DNA of 64,000 nucleotides from Octopus vulgaris. Its lineage: Eukaryota. The position numbers were made by a program, and so were the translations under genes. The stretch covers positions 78,554,001 to 78,618,000 of the forward strand of contig OX597820.1 of NCBI GenBank assembly GCA_951406725.2. Reading direction: 5' to 3'. This document shows positions 55,191 through 64,000 of the stretch, piece by piece; within the stretch, counting starts at the first letter, position 1, and every line of letters begins with the position of its first letter. Under the pieces are notes generated by a model. The model did no database searches and had not been told where the DNA came from. It saw only the letters and a program-made list of their open reading frames with translations.

Positions 55191-55358
55191 CCAGTTAAAC
55201 ACAACACTTTATTACACACACACACACATATATGCATATATATATGTATGTGCGTGTGTGTATATATATGTATATATATATGTATATCTATATATCTATA
55301 TATATATATATATACATATATTTATGTATGTAAATATGTACATATATATATATTTATG

Positions 55359-55428
<70 letters not shown>

Positions 55429-56085
55429 AATATGTACATACGTATATATGTTTATATATATGTATGTATGTATATGTGCTTGTATATATATACCTATACA
55501 TATATATGAGTGTGTGCGTGTATGTGTGTGTAAGTATGTATGTATAGGTATGTACGTACACATATATAGATGTGTATGAAACTAGTCAAAGGCTACAGTT
55601 ATGAGATGGCCTCGCAATAAATCTGAGACACGGCATTTCATAAATCTTCTTTGTTATTCCAGTGATAGATTATATCACAAGCTATATTTTATCCAGAAAA
55701 CACTTCTTTTCTTAATATAATGATACGAAAATATTTTCACTTTCTATGTACAAGAAACAGGTAATTTTGACCAAAAAAGTAATATATTAATGCTATAATG
55801 AAGGTTGTTGGTATGTTTGTGTCAAAATATATTTATTTAGTATACTTGTAAGAATAATGAATTGGGAACATCCAGTTAACTGGTAAAGTTTCAGCTATCG
55901 ACTTTTGTGGAGTCACACCAACAATAAATAAACAGTTGTACTTTTTTAAAAGTACTTTAAAATAATGACATTATTTTAACGTTTCGTTTTCTAGTTTTGG
56001 TTCACAAGATTATTGATATGAACTCGTATGTTCTGTTATAGCTCAAAAGGGTCATTAAGTTAATGATGAACACATGCACTGGTTC

Positions 56086-56161
<76 letters not shown>

Positions 56162-56163
<2 letters not shown>

Positions 56164-56478
56164 AGTTCGTTGAAAGGTGGGTGAATGTGGAAAGAACGGC
56201 CCGCATGAATGGGCCTACTCTAAGTGTGTGAAGGCCGGATGGAAGGAAAAGGATAGGGTGCCTTCCTGAGGAACCCTGTGGTGTTAAGGGTCCAAAGAGC
56301 GTTTGGTCCTTTGGGTACCTGACGGTGGAACTCTCCTTTATTGGGGAAGCATATTGTTGAATTAATTTCTTTGTTAATCGTTGTGTTTGTTTGCTATTTA
56401 CACGTTTAACCTCTCTGTCCCTCGTCTGTGTATCGTCCTCTATGCTTTATGTTCGACCCTGGTGGCCAATAAAGAAAG
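56162..56478 (+). mobile_element. Tx1/L1-clade LINE extreme 3' end in (TTA)n
   Basis: KFVERWVNVERTARMNGPTLSV*, homologous to 48910-48980. Ends GACCCTGGTGGCCAATAAAGAAA. Confidence 0.7.
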
Positions 56479-56490
56479 TATTATTATTAT

Positions 56491-56928
56491 TGAGTGAGAA
56501 GGCAGTGCATGCCATCAAAGTGATACTGAGTTATACAGTGACACTGAGTTAAAATATGAGCATGTCCCTTAGTGGCTGACGATATGTGCATCTCTGATCA
56601 CGAGCAGAAATAGTGTTGAGAGGGATTCTTTGGAGTTTGAATAATTCACCTCTGGAAATATGGGTGTTTCGTTCAACATCCTTAAACAACCCTTATTCAA
56701 GGACTATTTGACCGGGATGGGTTACTCAACGAGAAGAAAGTTCTAACTGGGTCCCACCTGCAAGGTCATGTGCTGTTTATCTTGATATGAGATCACCATG
56801 TCACGCACATATGGTTATAATGCATGTGCCTAGTGTACCCTCATCAGACGGGTAGTCATGATGAGTATACTGGGCTTCGTATATTTTACCCTAGTGTCAC
56901 TTTGATGGCATGCACTGCTCTCTCACTC
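56491..56928 (+). mobile_element. Family D repeat with an inverted copy of its terminus
   Basis: 56557-56928 is the reverse complement of about 1801-2165; 56491-56556 repeats the terminus in the opposite orientation. Confidence 0.8.
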
Positions 56929-56961
<33 letters not shown>

Positions 56962-56964
56962 GTC

Positions 56965-57064
<100 letters not shown>

Positions 57065-57065
57065 G

Positions 57066-57220
57066 CAACATCGAAAAATACCTAAGGAATGAGAACCCCG
57101 GTTCAAAATTTCCCCCAAGAAACCTGATGAAGGCTGGTGGGTATATCAGCTGAACCGTTGTGTTAACAACAAACAAGATGAGGATAAATATCCTTCAAAT
57201 GTAAATAATCTAAATAATGT
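57066..57220 (+). mobile_element. Family H hammerhead-bearing element
   Basis: CUGAUGA-A-GGCUG..CAGCU-GAAC-CGUU-GUGUU; preceded by (AAT)n. Confidence 0.78.
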
Positions 57221-58600
57221 TCCTTATCTGTTCCGAAGCTCTCACTTGAGGATTTTGCGTGTTACTTGGTGAGCTAAAGTGTCCCAGCTCTGTCCCGTAT
57301 CTCACTTTATGATTTCTCCTTGTTATTTGGCGAGATAGCGTATCCCTACTCTGTTCCAATGCTCTCACTTCTGTATCACAGCGAATTTTATGAGTTTCCG
57401 TATCCTTATTCTGTTGGGCTTGTCTGTATTCACTGTAAGATTCTCTCTATGTTTTATAGCGGCAGCTTTCCTGGTGGTCCTACCAATTCCTGATTTCCGT
57501 TTCCAGGTCATAATGGCGTGGAACGAAGGAGAATTTAATAAAGCTTTATGCATACTAGTGTTGACATTTGTATTTCCATATGTGTGTGAGTATACATTTT
57601 AGTCAGATAACGTGTGTGTGTGTATGTGTGTATATGTGCACTTGTGTGTTTATGTGTTTATGTATGTATGTATGTATGTATGTATGTATGGATGGATGGA
57701 TGGATGGATGGATGGATGGATGGATGGATGGATGGATGGATGGATGGATGGATGGATGGATGTTTAGAGTAAGCAGTTGAGAGTGGCTACAGTTTTTCGT
57801 CTCCGAATGCAGGAGTCGATGTCTTATCCGAAGTTGAAGACGCTCTGTATGTGTTCCGACCCCTCCCACCGCAACATCAAAGCTGCCTGGGGCCACACCC
57901 CGAAGTTTGCAACACAGGTCCCGCACATCAACATTAGCTTTGAGTCAGGTGTTGCGACAGTGGGCCACATGTTTCTGTCATTGTCAATGTTCGATTATGC
58001 TGTACTACTCACCCTCTCTCTCGAGATATATGTAATAACTTGTTATCTTAAACGATATCTGACAATTTTCTGGCAGCATCTTGTTTTTGTATATGTATGT
58101 GTATATATGTTTGTTTATTGATGTGTGTATGTGTGTGTGTGTGTGTGTAAGTTTGATGGTAGAAGCAGAAGAGCAGAACGCGATACTTAATAAGTCAATA
58201 AAATATATACATTTTAAAATTCTTTAACTGTAGAGGTTTATAGGAAATTCAAGGACGGAGATTATCGTGTGCTGCGCTATCAAGCAAATTTATGAATCGT
58301 AAATTTTCTATTTATACAGAAGAAAATATAATTCTGTCTAGATATGTCTATCAAAATACCATTAGAGAGTCACATGTTAAAGCAATATTTCTATTGAAAG
58401 AAATAAACAAACAAATATAAACTTATATAAATACGCATATACACACAAATACACATGCATATACATACAAATTTATATGTGCATACATATACATGTATAC
58501 ACAAGCATACATACATATGCGTAAATATAAATATACATATATATAAATATACATATAAATATACATACATAAAAGTACACGGCAGCTTATAAAATAGTCG

Positions 58601-58913
58601 TGGCACTCCGTCGGTTACGACGACGAGGGTTTCGGTTGATCCGATCAACGGAACAGCTTGCTCGTGAAATTAACGTGCAAGTGGCTGAGCACTCCACAGA
58701 CATGTGACACAGCTGTCTCTTTAAAGTACAGGTATAGCAGAAGCAGGAAGAAAAAGTGAGAGAAAGCAGGTTCACCACAATCCCCTGCTGGAGCCTCATG
58801 GAACTTTAGGTGTTTTTCGCTCAATAAACTCTCACAACGCCCGGTCTGGGAATTGAAACCGCGACCCTACGATCACGATTGCGCTGCCCTAAACACTGGG
58901 CTATTACGCCTCC
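58601..58913 (-). mobile_element. SINE family C variant (tRNA head, different middle, shared tail)
   Basis: Tail matches about 37140-37240; tRNA-like head at 58845-58913. Confidence 0.8.
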
Positions 58914-59009
58914 TTATAGGATATATACTTAACATAGTTATATCATACCACATGCATACGTGTTTGTGCGTGTGTGGATGTGTATAAGTATTCTTTTATT
59001 CGTTTATTT

Positions 59010-59236
59010 TTTATTTATTTCAGTCATTTAACTGCGGCAATGCTGGAGCACTGCCCTTAGTCGAGCAAATCGAAACTAAGGACTTATTTTTTGTAAGCCT
59101 AGTACTTATTCTATCGGGCCCTTTTGCCGAACTGCTATGCTACGGGGGCATAAACACACCAGCATCGGATGTCAAGCGATGTTGGGGGAAACAAACACAG
59201 ACACACAAACACAGACACACACACACACACACACAC

Positions 59237-59289
<53 letters not shown>

Positions 59290-59438
59290 CGGCGGGCGTC
59301 TTTCAGTTTCCGTCTACCAAATCCACTCACAAGGCTTTGGTCGGCCCGAGGTATAGTAGAAGACACTTGCCCAAGGTGCCACGAAGTGGAACTGAACCCG
59401 GAACCATATGGCTGGTAAGCAAGCTACGTACCACACAG
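59010..59438 (-). mobile_element. SINE family B
   Basis: Similarity to 50588-51101. Confidence 0.88.
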
Positions 59439-59657
59439 TCAGTGTGTGTGTATACGTGTATGCAATTTCTATATACAAACATACATGCATACATACATAC
59501 ATAAAAACAATAATACATACGTATATAAAATGCATGCAGATATATGTGAGGAGAGGTGATAGGAGAAAAACAACAAAGACGGGAAATATGTACATTACTC
59601 TTTAACCTATTCTGTCTTGCAATCTCTATATACAAACACACACAAACGCACACTCGC

Positions 59658-59723
<66 letters not shown>

Positions 59724-59724
<1 letters not shown>

Positions 59725-60137
59725 GACATCTAGATGCTATACGGTTTCACCGTTTTGTCCACAGATTCTGCACTTTCTGCTGTGTTGTCTATTCTGTATT
59801 TTATGTAGTTTGTTCTTGGGCAGCACAGATTAGAGCCTCCGTTTCCGATTTTAGTCATCCACAGCCATCTTTTTTCTCTGCCTATCTTACCTTCAACATC
59901 CCTATGAAATTGACCATGCATTATTTTCTTTACCCACCTATTTTCGTTTTCAATTGCTTGTACAGTGCTTTATCTTTGCAGTCTTTCATCCTACACATGA
60001 CTGACCTTACTTCTAATAATAGCGGTTCTGTGGCATTTTTTACATATCATGCTTTATTGTTTTCTTCTGCTCTAATGCTGTGTTCGCATTGAATAAGTCC
60101 TCTTCCCCCTCTTTTTCTTGGTATGTACAGTCTGTCT
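59724..60137 (-). mobile_element. R4/Dong-like element internal fragment
   Basis: DRLYIPRKRGGRGLIQ...MHGQF..WLWM..ETEALICAAQEQ..CRICGQNGETV. Confidence 0.85.
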
Positions 60138-60592
60138 TGAGTAAAATATACGAAGCTCATCATACCCATCATGTGCGCAACATGGTGATCTCATATCAAG
60201 ATAAACAGAACATGACATTGCAGATGGGGCCCAGTTAGAATTTTCTTCTGGTCGAGTAACCCATCCCGGTCAAATGGTCCTTGAATAAGTGTTGTTTAAG
60301 GATGCTGAACGAAACACCCATGTTTCCAGAGGCAAATTATTCAAACTCCAAAGACTTCTTCTCAACACATGGCTATGATGCTCCTCCTATACCTCTGCTC
60401 GTGATCAGAGATGCACATATCGTCAGCCACTAAGGGACGTGCTCGACTGGTTAAGGTCAAACAATTGACAAGCAAATCATTGAGCAGAATATTTGCTGTA
60501 GCCCATCTTTTATACGAAGACAAAACAATGTACATGATAACATTTCCAATCAGTTAAGATCAGAAGCCATGAGATCTACTGACTGGTACTGC
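60138..60592 (-). mobile_element. Family D repeat
   Basis: Direct homologue of about 1837-2320 with an internal deletion. Confidence 0.82.
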
Positions 60593-62199
60593 ATCAGAAC
60601 ATTTATTGTTGTTGTTGTTGTCGTTGCTGCTGCTGCTGCTGCTGTTCTTGTTGTTGGAACACCCGGAGTTCTGCATGCGTAGTCTATGGTCCCATGCTAT
60701 CTGTTCTTTTCAACTATCTAATACTTTTCTGATTACTCTGGCCTTGCCAAGGAAGCAAACTTTTTACAACAGTTCTGCTGGGCACTCTATTCCGTTTTCA
60801 AATAAAAGATGAAAGATAAAGCAAAGTTAGACAAATGAACACATAAATCACAAAAATCTAACTTCTCATCAAAACTATGGCAAATGTATTTCTCTTTCGG
60901 TTGTCCATGGAAGAGATGATCCCATTAGTTTTCCCTTCACAGCCTATCTCTAACCAGAATTTATATCCCAAACAAGACAGAAGCTTTGGATTAAAATGTC
61001 GATTAAAATATAAGGATAACACAGGATAAAAGATTGTTTGCCAACATAACATGGCAGTCCTGGTTTAGGACGAATGTTGCTGTAGCTTAGCTCCAAGAGA
61101 CATCGTCTCCAGCTGGCTTATACGACACGATCCGAGTCTGTATATTTTCGAACAAGGGAATCTAGCACCCCCACTCAGCTTAAAACAATATCTGGATAAC
61201 ACAAGATATTTGCATTTTATGGGTGGAGTTGTTTGGGGGTGGCGAAATATGGGTACTTTTGTTTCATAATTATTTTATATAGCAAATGTGTGTATGTGTA
61301 TGTTTAAGTTTCCTGTGAGTATTTGATAGTGCGTGTGTGAGAGTAGTAAAGGAAGAGGTAATAGTGGTGATTAAGTGCGATACGTATGCATGTAAGTGTG
61401 TCGTAAATTATTGTAGTAAATATCTCTGTGTTTGTTGTTGACGATCGGGCCCGGCTGTTTGGATGCTGGTGATATGACACGGATGACTGGATATCGAAAC
61501 TTCTGGTGACTGTACTTTTTGGCACTTAAGGCAAACAGACATACACAAGCACACACAAATATACATACATATGTACACAGAAATATGGAGATAGAGAAAG
61601 TGAGAGAAAAACATTACCATTAATTAATTGAACTCGATGGACATAAACAGTTTTCCTATTTTTATGCACACAAGAGAAACGTGCTCACAGACATACTGAC
61701 AGAGAGGGGAGACAGAGAGAACGAGAGGAGCATTAAGTCGAAAGAAACATCAAGACATCTTATGTGAAATAAGTCAGCGTCGAATCAGCGACGCCAATAT
61801 GCGGGATCAAAACGGCCAAAATGTCACCTACTCATTGAATATATGGTCGTCATCAGGGAGTAAGACAGAAGTTTTTCACGTATAGTACCAAACGTTCAAT
61901 ACAATGTTTGTTGTCTTGTAATTAAAATTTATGAATTAAAAATGATTATGACTTGCTCTTTAACTTAAGTATAGATACATATCATTCTACCGAGTTGAGC
62001 GCGTGGACGATTTTTAGTGCACCCTATAAAATATAAATTCTCGTTTGTAGAAGAGCGGTTTACAATGATAACCGCCTCTTTAATACTAAAATCATGAAAC
62101 CTGGGGCCACAAATAACTGCAGGAAAAACTTACACCTTTCGTCAAACATTTACATATGAAATGTTTTTAAATTTAGCATAAAAATATAAAAATTATAGA

Positions 62200-62600
62200 T
62201 GCTATTCTAGACCCTAATAAACCTCAAACGACCTTCAGATAAACCAACAAAACAATGCATGTAAAAATAAGCATCCTACAACAAACATCACTAAATACAT
62301 TTAGTAATGTTATCCTACTTTAATAAAATGACACATATACATATCAAAGGTTCATATAGGTCCTTAAACAAAGCGGTTTCAAAGTACAAATCAAATACTT
62401 CACCAAATCAACCCCCACCCCACCCCCCAAAGAAACCAAAAACAGAAAAGGGAAAGTATTTTGGTATAACCCACCATACAATTGACAAGTAACTGTATAC
62501 ATCGTTAACAGTTTTTGAATCTGGTCAGAAAACATCTGCTCTTCACATGTCTAACTATATATGATCTTCAACACCCTACGACTACATTTCATGAAACCTC
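62200..62600 (+). mobile_element. Penelope-like element fragment (thumb/linker)
   Basis: KHPTTNITKYI..LKQSGFK..KNRKGKVFWYNPPYN..FLNLVRKH (cf. PLE RKR.IIWFNPP..FL.L..KHF). Confidence 0.75.
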
Positions 62601-63383
62601 GTACATCTGTACACCATATAAATTATAGGTACTGTTAGCCACACTTTACTGAAACACAGATAAAAGTTATACTTACATTCAAACATCCACATTTGTTCAG
62701 AAATAATTCGATCCCCTTCCTCATGTGACCTTCGTACGCTTTCACTTAAACCATGCCACATCATCTCCACTCCCTTCTGCTCTCTTTTATTGCCTCCCAC
62801 CTAATTTCTTTCACACTGGAGCACTAATCATGGGTTCACTAGTAAATAGCCATTAATAATTGGCTAGTTACAAAACAAAATACATTTTTATAAAATAATT
62901 GGCTATTTTCGAAATGAATAATTCATCGCTACATATTCTACACACACAAGTACGATATAAACACACATGTATTCGCCCACACTAAATTGTCTAAATCCAT
63001 ATATAAAAACACACTCCCACATACACATGCATATATCCTTCACTTACCTACGCCCGCATCCTATATCCTCTAACACGCCTACACACACACGCGCATATAC
63101 GCGATTTTACTTATACACACTAACTATAATCACACACACACACACACACACATACACACATACATACATACTCTCTCTCTTTCTCTCTCTCTTTCTTTCT
63201 ATTAACTATCTACAAAATATCACAAATGAAAAAAATTCAAATACCGAACAAATATCACCCCTACCACCGCACAATCTCACACTCTCCCCAAACATAAATC
63301 AATCGTAATTTATCTTTCACTCGTTATTAATTTTGAGGTTTATACACATACAACACACACCCAAGCTTTATGTGTATGTGTGT

Positions 63384-63430
<47 letters not shown>

Positions 63431-63588
63431 CGTATGTGTGTATGTACGTATGTATGTATATACTCATACCTACCCGTATACTTATATAGATTTATATATA
63501 ATATATGTGTGTGTTTTGCCGATATATTCTATGCATAATATATAAGTTATACATACATACATACATACATATATATATAAATATATAT

Positions 63589-63651
<63 letters not shown>

Positions 63652-64000
63652 CATACTATGTTATATTGATATATTGCTTGCTTTCTCTATTTTTAATTTA
63701 TCTTCCTATCATTATCCCTTTCCGTTATTCTAATCTTTATAACATTCCTTTCAATCCTTCTCTTTCTCCTCTCTCTCACTCTCTTTCTCATAATATCATT
63801 ACTTTTCACTTCCCCTCGGCCACCCTTCGTTCTTTCATTCTTTTTCGTAGTTTTATTCGTTTTAATTCATCTAACCCAGTAAATTATATTTTGTGGATAC
63901 GTGTTCAAATTAATCACGGCTGTTCCTTTTTATTTGGTATTCATATACGAATAAAAACAAGGTTATAACTTGTCAAAGAAACAGAAGAAATATAATTTTA

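Noticed and set aside
57780-57970. GC-rich segment faintly resembling a PIF1/Helitron motif (VAP..AAL..QSVF)
   Set aside because: Needs frameshifts, and the similarity is too weak to support.

Overview
AT-rich, microsatellite-saturated eukaryotic genomic DNA. The SINE families and repeat landscape point to a coleoid cephalopod, most likely Octopus (inference). I could not support any host protein-coding exon; nearly all ORFs in the supplied track are microsatellite translations. The window is a transposon graveyard. It holds R4/Dong-type non-LTR elements with a restriction-like endonuclease stacked in (AAT)n repeats, including one 5'-truncated copy whose ORF is split by a SINE with a 12-bp TSD. 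It also holds Tx1/L1, RTE and CR1-group LINE fragments, Penelope-like element (PLE) fragments, maT- and mariner-type transposase relics, a hAT-type MITE, three tRNA-derived SINE families and a 1.33-kb pure (ATC)n tract. The signal the ORF track misses is a set of sequence-unrelated minimal type-I hammerhead ribozyme motifs with palindromic stem III, the PLE/retrozyme dimer type. They lie at about 8.2, 26.4, 27.0, 35.1/37.7/57.1, 51.3 and 53.7 kb, plus weaker relics. One family is joined to a tRNA-like Pol III head, giving a candidate ribozyme-bearing SINE. Two SINE families share 3' tails with Tx1-type and CR1-type LINE ends present in the same window. All structures and alignments were read by eye; none was computed.
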